The notes under the pieces: model-generated | What the model was told of the DNA's origin: nothing | Database searches by the model: none | The model's input: the letters and a program-made list of their open reading frames with translations, nothing else | Assembly: GCA_976226885.1 (NCBI GenBank) | Contig: OZ320316.1 | Location: forward strand, 72,168,001 to 72,232,000 | Source: Iphione sp. A-MEVVRFRX5 | Taxonomy: Eukaryota | Direction of reading: 5' to 3' | Length of the DNA: 64,000 nt | Part shown: piece by piece, positions 23,251 through 37,700 of the stretch | Numbering within the stretch: position 1 is the first letter of the stretch | Layout: each line of letters starts with the position of its first letter | Position numbers and translations under genes: made by a program

Positions 23251-25611
23251 ACATTTCTATTATGTGAAAGTTAGTCACATTCACAGCTTTTGCCATTGAG
23301 TCATTCCCATTCAGGGTAATTCTATGCTGTGTGGCTTCATGTGCATTAGGTTGCATGGGAGGCGTATGTAAGTCTTTGCTTGTCCCCATTTTCCCCTAAG
23401 GCGGTAAATGTCAGCACATGTCACAATACCTATGTATATGTTTGCATTTATGTAGGTATATGTATGTATTCTTTAGCATAACTTCCTGTAAAACCCCACT
23501 ATCCGCCAACTATGCACTGGAGAAACGCAAGCATGGCCTTGAAAATTACTATTTTTGCCAGCCAAAACGTGTATTTAAAACTGCCATGCACATAAATTAC
23601 TTTGATTGGTCAAAACGTAGTTTGTCGGAAATTGTTGATAGAAGCTGATACAAGCTGTGAAGGTCACCTGAAATGGCTACGATAATTCTGAAGTGCATGC
23701 AGTGCCACAGAGACCCGTGTTTGTGATGAAAAAATAATTATTTTTGTAATGTGTAGTAATGTGTACGATCGAAGCTGATAATTAAAGTCATGTACATGAC
23801 ATTGCATTCCTCAATATCTTTGGTAAAAACTATTAATTGGCATACATAGTGCATTACAACGGTGGGGCCACGAGTCAAATGCAAACACAGTTTCCCAACA
23901 TTAAACACGTATTTATTCCTACTGAGGTTGCCTCATAAGTAATGCTCGGACTAATCAGAAATGCTGGGAAAGTCAAACACGGGATCAGGATATCGGTGAT
24001 CGTTGCCAAATTCCACAAGTAGTAGTCAATCTGAGTGTTCTTTAATGGAGTGCCCAGACTGAACGGTTTGGAGGTGACGGCATATACCAGACAGGGGCCT
24101 CCTCGTCAACCACAAGCTGCCTACAACAAGCCAAGAAAACAGTGCTCTTCAAATGAAAAAGAAACACGAGGCGGTGCGTATACCCACCGACTGTAGGGAT
24201 CACTGTCATTACATAAAGTACTTGAAATCATGTTGATCCATCGTCAGTGGGGCCCGGGGGTGCCAGAGGCTGCCCCGACCGGGGCCGACTTAACTGAGTC
24301 AATATTGAAGCGAGGGTGGACGGGGAACTAGCCGCCGCCGCCTTTACCGCCGGGGAAGGTTGCACGTTATTACCGGGTGCCGGCTGGGCGACTTCTAATC
24401 TGTTTGTTCATTTTTAATGTCCATTTGTGAGTGACGCGAGGGCCTGGTGAATGGCGGCCACTTTCAGATCATACAGGTGTTTGTCCTGTACGGGGTGCCG
24501 TTTACATCCGTGTGAGTGGACGTTGAAGAGGTCGGTTTAAACCTTGAGTCAACACGTCCTTTAACACGAGAGAAGGCCCGAGGTTGGGCAGACTAGTCAC
24601 GACCCGATCCTCCTGGTACCTGGTCGCGCACCTACGCCAGCTACCGGGAGGAAGATACACCAGGTACATGTACTTTCGATTGGGAGGAGGGATGTGAGGA
24701 GGCGAGGAGGAGAATGATTCAGTTCAGTTTCTTTCTGATGTGGATGTCCCTGGCTGGTAAAGTGCTTGAAGTGTTGACGTAAGCAGTGCGATACAGATGT
24801 GATGGATATTGAACGTATGTGACAAGAAATGACTAAATGTAGCACTCAATGCAAGTGACATTTCAAGGACATAAAATGGCAATTGTTAATAGTAATACGA
24901 TATGACGCTGATCTTTTTTCATATGCTAATCATGCTGTAAAATCCTTGTAAAATGTGAAGTATGCGTAAAATACACTTTAAAGATTTCATATCTCCTCCT
25001 TTTTATGTTGTCTAAAGTGATCTTTGAGGCAATTAAAGCTCAGCTGCTCCTGTTACCAATGGCATAATTCTCTCAGGCTGTTGTGATTCTCCACTTAAAT
25101 ATAGGGATACTGTGACGGAGGTCTTATTGCATGATACATTATGGCAAAGTGCCTGGCCATTCTAACATCCCTTAACGGGTAGATTGGCTTGGATCCAGCC
25201 GAGGGGAACAGGAACCAAGGGCTACTCTTAATCTACCTGAACCAATATCTCGAGGGTGCGGGCAAGTAATGCCTCCCCCATGTAATACGTTCCCAGCCCT
25301 GTCCCAACCTGGTCATGTAACTGAGACTGTATTGGGTCGGATGACTAGTTGGTGATTAATTGCTTAGTTTGGTAAACATCGTTATCCTTATAATTTGAGA
25401 AGGTTCTATCTGGAAAGCATGTACTGTACAGTCAGGCCGCGCTTACCGAACACCATACCCAAACGATCTTCATAGCCAAATGCCCAGAAGTGCAACCACC
25501 CTATTCAATTAATATATAATACTCCGTTTCTGTACATTTCTATTTCCAAATGCGAATACTTGATATTGTAAGCTATGTAGTAAAGTTAATACTGCTACTG
25601 TGAGAGTGTAT

Positions 25612-25810
25612 CAAGCCCAATAATCAGTGAAATAAGCAAGAATTAGCACCAGGGTCAGGGTGTCCGGACATCAGACAAACACGTCTGAGGGTGTACCAAG
25701 CCTGATAATCATTGAACTAATAACAGTTAACAGAATATACACAGTATCAAGTATCTAGGCATCAGAGAGAATGGCTGAATGCTTAGCAAGCCTGATAATC
25801 ATTGAAATAA
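25612..25810. repeat. Degenerate 85-90-bp minisatellite (three copies of a conserved 24-bp core)
   Basis: CAAGCCYRATAATCAKTGAAMTAA at 25612, 25697 and 25787; the intervening sequences are alignable. Confidence 0.7.
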
Positions 25811-28800
25811 AGGTTAGGTGCTGGCTTAGAGATTTCATAATTTTCCATGGCTGAATGATCTCCATATTCAGACTTCAGGTGAAACTGGCCCCGCGTGGGA
25901 AGCCCAAGCTGACTGTATGAGAATTCATGAAGCGTGCAATACAGATGTATTTAATGGTGTGTATATATATGCATTCGTTTTTCATCTGAAAATTGCCTTT
26001 CAATGCGACGTCAAGAAAACGAGCTCGTCAGAAATTACATATTATGATTATAGGAACTGATATCTCTCTCAGTCACAGCCATTGCCTCTACAATGCCTCT
26101 TCGTCCAGGCACCAGTTTAGGCACGCTGTGGTCAGATGTAAGGGGAACTTGCTAACTATACCAAAGCCATTTTGAAACGGCAACTACTCGGGCGAGGTTA
26201 AATTACAGAAAGACGGAAAGTAAATTAAATGAAACCTACTTATTATGATGTAAGTAAATGGTTGTAAGGGATCCAAACCCATTCAACTCAGAGCCAGCAA
26301 ACAATGGGTGGGCATCCCATGAATAAAGCCTCTGTTATGTAATACTAAGTGAATCACTTTTCCGACTTGACAGGTGACCGCTACACGTCATTGTCGGCAA
26401 TCGAAAACCTGCCACAATTTCAATGAACGATCTGGTCATATGTCAAATTTTAATTTGAAGCAGATGATTCAAAGTGGTGCGAGATAATTTAGCCATCCTA
26501 ACCCACGGAAACTATTTCATTTTATTGTGTCTATTTTGGTTCTCGACGTCTCGGGTTCTCGTTATTTTTTAATCTATTCCCGGTTTCATGAGGATTTTAA
26601 CGGTGTATCTTTACAATTTGGTTGATCCGAAGATTCGTGCGTTAAAACGTCCCGAGGGCTGTGAAGAGCAACCACCCATAGTCTCTACTGATAATGTATG
26701 TTGACTTCGCTTGTCTCATGACGTAACAGGATCTGCGAGTCCTATTCTTCCCTAATGTAAAGAAAGTGAGCGATAAGGGGTTTTGCGTAGGGGACACTTT
26801 TAGTTTTGGTGGATTCCCCCCTGTTACAAAAGGCTAGACTACTTCAGACGCTTTCAGTTGTCTTCACACGGATCAGCCTGCGGATACCGTCGACATTCCC
26901 TGTCAATTTTATTTATAGGGATCTGAGGCTTGGTAGTAAAATGTGAAGAATGAAAAGCCATAAAAGGAATGCGGAAATGTCAACGCAAAGTATCGTTTTT
27001 TTCTGTACTCGCGTTAAGTGCCAGTTAGGTATCTTGATTATTCAATTGAAAGCTAGATACATTTAAACTCCGTATGACAATATGTTTCAAGAATTAGTGC
27101 GTATATGCATACATGCAGTGGGATCATCATCACTGACAGACTATAATGTAACTTATTTTGACCAAGTAACGTCTGGCATGGATTTGCATTACAAAGACTG
27201 CCACATAAATCGAAAGTTATGGACAGATTAATAAATACAGAAATTGTAAAGGTACATCTTAACAGAAAGGACTTTGATTTTCGATATGGTGTCCCAAGTT
27301 CACAAAACTTGATGCACAATCGCATCATAGTTAAAATTTAGTTTGACTGTTGTCAGAATTTTGTCTGCTGCTGTTCTAAAATATGATTCAAGACGTTTGG
27401 TTAATGAATGGCCTTTTTCACACAACTTACAATAACACCGTAATGTGATAATCATGTCGATTTGGATTAAGTAAGAAAGTGACGTTTATGCATCTCTTTA
27501 CTATATGTTAATGGTTTACTCAAATTGCCGGAAGATAGTAAAGAGTCTTCATGAATCGAATTTTGTGAAAGCTGTTTCGTTCTGAATATGAATAAACATG
27601 TGAATATCTTGGTCTCCCTGGGTAACGTACACAATTAATTGATACATACTTTGGAGAAAAGCAGATATATATGTACTCATTATATCTGCTACAAAAATTT
27701 ATGACTACTGACAATGGAAAGGTCACAGTGGCTAACTGCACCCACTATTTATAAAGCATTGGGGAACACGCACTAACATATATTCTGTAGATTTTTCATT
27801 GTTTACCTCATAATTGTATGAGCTGCAAGTTATTATCAACCTTACACACTTGTCAGGGACAAGCAATTACCATTATCCGTAGTTGCAGTTCTATCTTTCC
27901 TCATTATTTCGTTAGGCTTGTAGGCCATGCTATAGAACTGTCGTGTCTGATCCAAGCGTTAAATGTATGGGTAAATCTTTTACTTTCTCTCGAATTCGAC
28001 TGGTTATGGTAGATTTAATACGACCATTTCTACACGCAAAGTTGGAGGTAGCCGCCACCGCTCATTCATGTGCAGGTGGATGCTGGCTTCCCTAACGCTC
28101 GGCCTGAAACCGCTGACCTTTCACATCGATATTGACTGTAGACGGGTGAGGCAGTAGGTCTACCCGGTTCTGCCTTCCAGGGAAAAAACACCATAAGAGT
28201 TGAAACTATCCTTTGTCAGCTGATACGATCTCGGCCATTATACAATTAAAACGTCTTTACAATGCCTACCTTCGCTTTACCTCCTAGTATGAATATATTA
28301 CTCCCGTCGTTAATTGTATCGCACGAGACCAATTAGTACCGCACGACCCTGTCAGCAATTGCTTCCCTGGATGGATAGTGAACACAAAGCCAGCAGCATC
28401 TTACCACGTTATCTTTAAAGGCAGTCAAGTCCATAAACTCAAGAAATATTACTATGAGAACAGAGAGCTGCACGCTGATTGCCCAAATGATCCAATATAA
28501 ATAACCCAAACGTCACGCCGTCTTATCTTGCAGGCAAGTATTAAGGTCTAATCCCTGGCGAAGGGGGAAATTTCTATAATGATTCACTAAAACTCCCTTT
28601 GTCTAGACCCTTAGATCTATTCGAGGAATTAGACAAGTTTCTCGAAATATTAACAAGGCTCAGATAGCGTTATTTGAACGGGTAAAGGTATGAAAGACAG
28701 TCCTTACGAGCATCTGACTGAACAATAGTCTGACCACACGCCAACGCACGCAGGGCTGAGGCTTCTTGGAAAATAAATGCACCTATCACCATGGAAGAGC

Positions 28801-31711
28801 ATCTGGCAAATCGCATGTCAATCAGGAAAATTAGAAACAAGAGGGATATGATGTTCCTGGTGTTCCCGTGCCGGTCCACTTGGGGCGAAAGGCCAGCAGT
28901 CAGTGTAGTCGATGAACCCACCCCATTTATGACATTGTGGCGGGAGTAGTTGCCGCAGTGGACCAGATGGCAGGAGGTGGAGCGACGCTGACCAACACCG
29001 TCGTTACCGCCCAATGGGCAGTTATAGTCTAGGCCCGAGGACATATAAATATGCATGGAACTTTTGGCGGTAAGCTCCATCTATATGAGCGTGGCAATCG
29101 ATATTGCTTCCCTTCCTAATGACCGAAACGATGTTTCCCCGGCACTATACTTTTGAAAAATAACTGCTATTGGTTGGTGCTTTGATTTATAAAGCAGGGG
29201 TTTCTCAAAGTATAAAACTACGTACATGTACAAGTTTGACTTTTGTCATTCCAATGTGGACAAATAGTGACAATACTGTTTCGCTCGTTGTTTTTATTTG
29301 AAGCCAGCCTGGTGAAAATGGCGGGCATGCGTCAGGAGTAACAATGAAGGATTCCATGTACTGTGGTAATCATTTCTCCTTCCTAGAGTAATAGCAAGGT
29401 AACAACGAGAAAGGCTAATTAAGCGTCAACAAGGGAAATAATTTACCTATCACATTGTTACTTTCTTTCCACTAGAATCATTGAAGTGTATTCGTACCGA
29501 AAGGGTTAGTCCAGAAAGGGACGTTGACAAAAGGAAAATGTTTCTGTTGCAACTATATGTACTTACATGTAGCAAATAGTTCCCCATTGTTGCTAGATTG
29601 ATAATTGCCACATGTTAATTTTGGGCGTACATTAGCATGCTCGCACTCTACCATCTTGTCTAGATAATGACAGAGTGCGAATAATTACAGACCTCCTTGA
29701 CATATTTTGCAACCTGACTTACTGACTTAATTATTGCCTAGGAAGATATCATTTGACCCAATCATTTGACCCTTTGCGTCACTCTGGCGCCTGCTGCATT
29801 CTGCAGACCTTCCCTCCTCACCTCTTACAGGTCATGGGACTAGGGACTCTCACAATGTCACTTCTTGCTGCGGACATGGTGGTTAACCAGCTACTAAAGG
29901 GGGTGAGACGGGCCTGTGGTAGCCACCTTGTGTGTTTTCGGTGCTCTCGATCGCTGGGTTCGAGTGGGAATAAAGACGTTTCTACAGCTGACTTTTAACC
30001 TGCGCTCGCATGCTCTTCCTTCATTATCCTCCGTGTAATTTTCCTCAACATGCATTTATATCCATTACCCGCACCCCTTGCCTCGTTCGCCTTGCCTTGC
30101 AGCCCCGGGGGCAGGTCGCTCGCTGCATCCCCACAGCACCGTGTCTGTGGTGGTGGTTCGGTCCTGGGTTCGATGGACTGCTCCAGATGACAGACACTTC
30201 CCCCTAAAACATTTCTGGTTGCTATATCCTCTTCTCGTCTCTGTGCCATGGCAGCACCCTCGGGCTATGTTTCAACCGGCAACATGCGACGTGTGTCAGA
30301 TGCCCAGACATTGCTTCCTCCCACATGCCACGCTTGCTACGTTGTACATTCAGAAATTACCGGGTATGAGGCAAAACCCTTAAACTTAGTCTTAGAGGTG
30401 TAGACTATATGTCGCCAACCTATGCCGTCATGCATTCAATGCATATAAAGGAAGAGCAACGAGAAATGATTATTTTTGTTCGTTATTACACGGACATGTA
30501 TATTAAAGTTTAGCTTTAGTCTTCCAGGCCTTCGTAGTTGGATTCCTCCTGTTAATGGTTTCTAACCAAGTGTTGTTCACTTAAACCGATTCTCCTAGAT
30601 TTCCCCGTATTTCAATGCCCAAATGAAAGGTGAGGTAGAGGTAAGGAGCATCTAGTTGACAGTCATTGAAATGTGCAATTTTAGTGTGCAACTATGTTGT
30701 GGGAGTTTCTACCATAATTTTCTTATGGATATGTCTGGATATTTTTTAAAAGGTTACATCTTCCACAGCAGATATCACTTAAAAGCATAGGTTCACCTCC
30801 TGTCACTTTATCATACTCTTTAATGTTACTTTGGTAGATGCGTCCCTCCAGGAACCTTGAGAAAACCGCCTGAAGACTAATCTAGAATTTCTCTCTGAAG
30901 ATGCAAGTTCCGATAAAGACCGACTGTGAATAGACACGCCTGGCCACCTTTTTTCGTCTTCGATTCATTTGATTAATATCACGGTTTTAAGTTAGAAATA
31001 TATCCCTAAACTTCCCTAATGAAAGATCTGTCTATATAAAATGTTTCTTCAAATATGTGTTAATAATGGGTACATGTACATCTTTTTATTGAACTTTGCT
31101 TCGGGGCGGTCTGGTGTCTCTTTATCGAACTGCAAAATATGGTCGGCATCGCGCTGGTTCAACAATGAGTGAAGGAATGAAAACCGTTCGCGTGATTTCT
31201 TCCTGTTTTACTGTGTTAGTTACTGTAACAAAGGTTTAACTTGCACAATCCCAGTTAAATACTGAGAAACTGTAATTATGACTTCTAGTTCATAATTTAG
31301 TGATCATAGTCTAGACTCTGGACAGACCTACAGACCTATCAGGACTGGTTTTCATTCTTTTATTTATGTATTTGTATGCATTTGTGTCGCATTATTATCA
31401 ACACTAATGATGCACGGGAAAGAATAGGGGTATTCTTTTGCTTGCACTTGTGTTGTGGTGTGTCTAACTGTTCCTGGTATTTCCCCAGCTGCCCCTGACC
31501 TCCCCTGTCTGCCCTTGCCTATCCTGTATGTGCTTCCAGATTTGTGTATAGATGTTGATGAAATTACTACGCAGCGCTACTCAGAAAGTGACAAGGCGCA
31601 TGCAATGAACACACAATGCAAATGCAACGCACATAAAATGTACACTTGAAATGCAGGTATTGGATCCCTCTCATTGATTTTAACCTGCTGTTAATTTCAC
31701 ACAACGCACAT

Positions 31712-31795
31712 AATGCATATGCAACTTACGAACACAAGTACGGGAACTGGCTCAATGCACATGTAACTTACGAACACAAGTACGGGAACTGGCTC
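31712..31795. repeat. 42-bp tandem duplication
   Basis: aatgcaYatgYaacttacgaacacaagtacgggaactggctc x2, 2 mismatches. Confidence 0.9.
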
Positions 31796-34700
31796 TTATA
31801 TCTCTAATAAGTTTCAGAAAGATGTTATCTTGCCTAGGAATGTCATTGTGTATGGTCGTACATTATGTTCCTGATTATTAACATCAATATGAAGTGTTTT
31901 TAACCACCATAAATTATGCTAATGAGGGCAACATAGCACAAACTCCCACATTTCTGCTCATAGATAATGAGTGTGATTCTAGTTTCCTTAGTAACAGGAA
32001 TATGATCAGTGTAGTTTCATATTTATGTTTCACTGTACATGCACATCCGAGGCAGAATTTTTACCAAACTAATTTGACTGCATCCACAGAGTCGAGTCAT
32101 ACTAGTGCCAATGTACTACATGTACATCAGTTTAACTAATTTCCGACACTATTAGCTGCGAAAAGGACATGCTTGTCTCAGTGGTTGGTCAAAGTGTCTC
32201 AACTTGCTTTAGGCTTCTGTGATTGACAGTGGTGTGGACAGAGGCTATGAAAAGAAGGTAAATTAACTAGAGCCTCCGAGCATCTCGCCTCAAGGTTGGT
32301 TGAGTAATGACAAGCAAAGGTGCCTATTTCCCACTCATCTATACAAAGTAGAACTCATCCTTTCATGGGATAAACCATATCCTTCAGACCAGATTATTTT
32401 ACTGTAACCATGCAGTACTGAACTGTCCGATATTCCCTCCCACAAAATAATCTGTTCGGAATCATAATCTTATCTGTACGCTGTAATATTTATTAATAGA
32501 AAGTCTTTCTCGACACTGCAGATACATTGACTACTTATTTGAACTGGGCCTTTTGCTGAGTATTTATGAAAGACTGCTTTTGCCTGCAATATATGGGTTT
32601 CTACATTTTAGCTGAGGCGTGTCCAAAAATAAAAGGCCATTCAGTGCCGCTGGAGGACAGACTTCTGTGCATCAGAACCAGTAGCCCATGGTTGAGAGAA
32701 TACCACTTATCCCTCTCTTCATGCAGATTTCTTTATCATTTCTATGGATTATGCGTTTTGGGGGGAAAAATGGAACTTCCTATTTCAATCTGCAAGTCCA
32801 TATGATTTTAACTTCTTATTTCTTCATTTCGAACGCACAAAAATTTCGATGTCAATGAGAGATGATAGATAACAGCAACGTTAAGTCCTTCAAAACCATA
32901 GTTTTCAGGCACGCTTCACCTAGGTGAGAAAGGAGTTTGCCTCCTCCTAGACAGACAGGCACATACAAGTGAAAAACTGTGTCCCTGCATATACATAGAT
33001 ATTTGAAAGGGTCACGCCGTACATGTGTTCTTATGACTTTTAACTGGGCATGAGATTTCGAGAGTTGCACCCTCATATACATGAATATATACATGCCTAT
33101 ACATGTGTAATATATACATATATAAGAGTGCATCACTTGCCTTCCAAACTAAATATTATTCCCGCCACGAAAACCACTGTGCTCTCATAGCCTCTACGCC
33201 TTTGGCCTTAGCCTTTCCGTTAGAGCAACAACACTGATTTATGTGTTCCTCGAAGCTTTCTCACATTAGAGACTGCCTTTGTAGAGAAGTTCCCATACCT
33301 GTACCACCTGGATATTTTAATGATGGGTTGAGGAAGTTGCTGTCTTCTATGTGGATAGCATATTGTCTAAGCGCGAAGTCCGTTCCGAGTCACATCGTTG
33401 CAGTAGGATGGGCATGCATGCAGGTCAGCTGTCATGGGTGGAAGTATTGTGGTGGCACATGCGCGTTGGTCAGGTATAGTAGGGTGTGCACGCATAGGGA
33501 GAGAGACTTGAGGTCATGGCCAGTCTAATTTGTGGAACTTCGGCTGCCCCTCTGTGATTTTTGGCTAACGTTAAACGGTGATGTGGCATGCGAATGTTGA
33601 GGTCTTGTAATTATTCATCGGTGAACGCCTTGGTGCTGGCCATAGGCGTTTTAAAAGGCTGCTCAGCTTTGGGCCACCTCTTGTCAACAGGTCCCAAGTC
33701 GGTAGCAGACTTGATCTTGTTAGCACACTGAGGAACCGAATCCCCATCATTGATGAATATTCACACAGAACTAACCAAAATATATGAATACACATTCGTC
33801 TGCGTGCAGGAAACCCAATAGGAGCCATTAAATGTTCAGTGTAGCTATTGCATGTTAACAATTAGTTAATTATCCCTTCTGCTAAGAAAACAGATCTCAC
33901 ATTCACCCCCTCCAACCCGCAGTATTATGCAATTTTTCACTCGACCCCCGTAAACAGAATATGGGCGTTGTTCTCTCGCGCTTTTCTTTCCTAGCTGTAA
34001 ATAAGCTCACAGAAATAGTGTGCGTTACCTCACAATTCTTCAATAATTTCATGTTAAATCGTGAGATGAAGACCTCACTATAGTGTTACATGTATGCCTA
34101 TCTACTGTGCGAGTTAAAATGGATTCACGGGATTATAATATCTATTTAATTACCTGACTTTGGTATTTGAGATCGTAAATGCTCGTGTACATGTATATAC
34201 CATAGAAACAAGATGGATTTTAGACAGCCTCTTTTTCAGGTACTCTATAATGTGTAAAGCAGATGCCTTACAAACTAACGGACTTTTTTCAGCACGCAGT
34301 CATGTACACGACCATCGCCAATACGTCTATGATTGTTGACAGGTCATCCATCTCCCTCTGACCACTGATTACTTCAATCAATTAGCCGTCACTTTGATGT
34401 GCTCTCTGATCAGGAGCGTTGGGAGTGCCACAACCGGAGACCAGGTGGCGCACCAATTATGCCACTGCATAGGTTACGGTCCTTATCGTCTAATTCACAT
34501 TGGCCAAATGTTAGCCTTGAATACCTCTAATATCTTTCTAGTGGACCCAAGCGAGGAGGGGTCGTGCTGAGTCAAGAAACATGTGTAGCGATATGGCCAG
34601 CGACATGGGCCTTTTCGGTACGGGCTTGTCCCTTCCACCACCACGCAGTGACGGTTGTCGTAGCATGTGACGCATGACGGCCGTTCGTGTGACAACCTGG

Positions 34701-37700
34701 GCACACTGGCCTAGCCCATTAAAATAAGGGGAGGTCGACAGGGATGCCGCTTCGTATGGCCATCATGCCTGGCACGGTGCACACTGCCCTCGCTGCAAAT
34801 GGGCTGCCATACAATGGCTGCCTCCAGGGACGTGCGAGCATGCGCTGCTTACCTACAAAGACAATGGACACGAGCAGGCTCATCCCTTAATGTTAGGATA
34901 ATTCCTCCCGTTTGATGTTCTCTTGGACAATAAGTCCATGATTAGCATGCGTGCGAGCACCATATGTGAATGAGGTGTAGCATACGGCTATTGCTTCGGA
35001 CTGAGGGTACAGTATTTGAATATGCAGTTCTGGACACCAGCTTGTGCTGTTTGGCAGTCCCACAATAAATATCGCTTGTTGAAACAAGGGGCTTGGTTCC
35101 CGGATATTGAGAACTACGGAACATGCAGTGTTGCATATCATCTTAGCAATGCACAGCTATGTTACTTTATTTACACATAATTATTACGTGGATCATTTTC
35201 ACCATTTAGGTCTAAACTGCATGCATGCATATCGTCATTTTAAGTTATTGTACGCATCAGTCAGCAATATCTTCATGAAATTCAGCCTTCAATTATTCAC
35301 GTCTCTCTTAATCCTGAGGGGACCTGGACTAATTAAATTTAGAATTAAGACCATATATCGACTGGACCTAATGTAACAGGTTACATAACCACCTCGGAAA
35401 TTAAGTCTTTATCAGTTTATTATGAGTATTCGCAGACATCATTTATATGTTCACAGATATTAAAGGGATGGTAAAAAGTGAAAAAGACCTTCGGTAAACG
35501 TTCAGGAGATCCATAGTATGTACTAAATGGATAGTTTGTCTGCTATATGGAGCATCGTCAGTACAAATTATAGAGTGTAATATGCATCATTTTATCTGTC
35601 AGGTTCGTAACCCCTCCGTAACAGAAGATGATTCCAATGTCAATGACTAGGTTAATACCTAGTCTCAGCCAGGATTATCTTATAATAATTATGCGCAATT
35701 ACGGACAGTAAACGAGTGGTCTTGCAAGTCTCGCATGTACATTTCCAGTATATCTCGTGGATATCTCGATCAGAAACGCAGATTTGGTATTCATTGGGAA
35801 GACAACATCTTGATCCTTATCATGACCGGCGGAAGTCATTCATTTCAAGTTGCAAACAAGGTAATCCTCATGACATTAACGTTTTTAGTCACTCGTCTAA
35901 CCAACCTTGCGGCGAATGGGGAACGAAGTAATTCACTCATGGCTATCGTTTAAGACTATTACGAAAACTAATGAGGGACGACGAATCCGCTCCGGGCAAA
36001 TATGGGCAACATCATGTGTAGAATTTCCTCTTTTTTTTGCCATCATCTGACGTAAGTCGTTCTTCTCTATTGTATTCATGAGACGGGCACAGTGTCATCC
36101 TCCGAATACGACACGGGGAGGTCTGTAATAATGGTCGTTAACTGAGAGAAATGTTGGTGTAAGTGTTACGAAACCACCAGGGCTACCTCCAGGCGTTAAC
36201 GAATCTACCATTGAGTTTCAAAAACACCGTATACACCTGCATGTCACATCCTACGTCCATTACCAATAATTATGAAAGCGAGATTGTCGTATTGTGTTGT
36301 AGTTGTTCTGTGCGAAGAAGTTGTCAATGCATAGGTGAGAGATGGAGCAAAGATTTAACAGTCAAATTTCGTCCGTTTATTGCTTGAATAAATAAAAATG
36401 TACGTCATATGAATTTCGTGAGTTTTGTTTAGGATAAGATCAGATTGTTGGAAAGAGCAATTCATATGATAAAATCAAATGTCCCTATCACATAATTGCC
36501 TGTTTTAGATCAACCCAATCCCCTACCCACATGCGTTCTTTTTGGCATCCTCATCTATAGAGCCTTAAGTTCGTCCAAACAATGGTACGGGGTCACCAAC
36601 ACCGATTAATTGCGATATGCCACAGCATTGATCTGCTGACTGCCACACGGGCGAGCTACTTAACTCATTCACCCATCCTGGCCTTCATCGACACCTTTCT
36701 TGTTTGAACTGTCTCTCTTTCACGACTCTCCCAATCGACTTGACTCCCTTTCATATATTGAACGTGGAAGGCTGTGCCTCTGGAAACAATCCAGTCCATC
36801 GTCCCAACTCTCCACGGCCAACACGAAGCTCGTTAACCTAATGAAGGGTTCGCTATCATGCTATGCCTTCCCCAACCAGATGCGCCTATTGGTCTCAACA
36901 AGCTCCAGTCATGCGAGGCATTAGCCCGGTGTGGCCCGCTGGTTTATCCAGAAATATCAAGCTGCTGTTAATAAAGATGTAAAGACTTGGTCATCTGTTC
37001 TACAATGCACTCTGACCTTTAGGCGAATACAATACTTAAAGCTATCATGAACCATCTCCCCTATCACTGCACCGTTACCCCGAGCCGAACCAATTTTTAA
37101 AAATTTGCTGATAACATATTATTCCTATACATGTACATCCAATTCCCTCCCATGACAAAGCAAATGTAATAATTACGAACAGGCTGCTATCTAGAGGGAA
37201 ACAATGTATCCTATCTAACTTAAATGGAATGAAAATTAGAAAGAACTTCCAAAGAATTTTGTAGACCAACCGTAGTACTTAACTTTTGATTAAATAAAGT
37301 GCCCCTTTTCTTTCATAGAGCAATACGTGGTAAAGGAGATTCACTCTTCCAGAAATATCAGACCAGTTCCAGCTTGATATGCGTAAATATTTTTTATGTA
37401 TTCAAAATATTGAACAGTAAGCACATCTGCAAATTGCTGGGACGCATTTGCTATTTGTTTCAGCTCCAGATGCCTAGCACATCACACCTCAAGGTGACCC
37501 TTTTGTGTACACAGGTGGTCAAACAGGGGAATTCGTGTGTCGGATCATTCGGGTTGGGGTAAACTGTCCCCTTTCCTTTTTATTAGCCTCCTCAATTCAT
37601 TCCTATTCTCACTCTGTCTCCTCTACATAAATGCTCTTCTTACGTTTTTATCAAATCCTTCCTTTTTACGAGTTTGTACGTACCTCATTGAATTCGTATG

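Noticed and set aside
25612-25810. CRISPR-like array (three 24-bp repeats with about 60-65-bp spacers)
   Set aside because: Eukaryotic context, no cas genes, repeats imperfect, and the spacers align with each other; it is an old minisatellite.
29920-30180. tRNA/SINE B-box-like GGGTTCGA motifs
   Set aside because: No properly spaced A-box and no cloverleaf.
29753-30380. Second degenerate tyrosine recombinase (VVNQLLKGVRR ... KTFLVAISSSRL)
   Set aside because: The two motifs are about 100 codons apart, roughly twice the expected distance, with no HxxR/W/Y boxes found.
30690-30880. Minus-strand VTGGEPML resembling the radical SAM GGEP motif
   Set aside because: No CxxxCxxC motif and the frame closes quickly; likely chance.
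33480-33760. SAM-domain-like TDE*LQDLNIRMPHHRL on the minus strand
   Set aside because: Only the C-terminal half resembles SAM, it has an internal stop, and the upstream helices do not fit.
34690-34880. BIR-domain-like RVTTWAHWP ... CPRC-x6-W-x7-H
   Set aside because: Wrong spacing, final Cys missing, internal stop.
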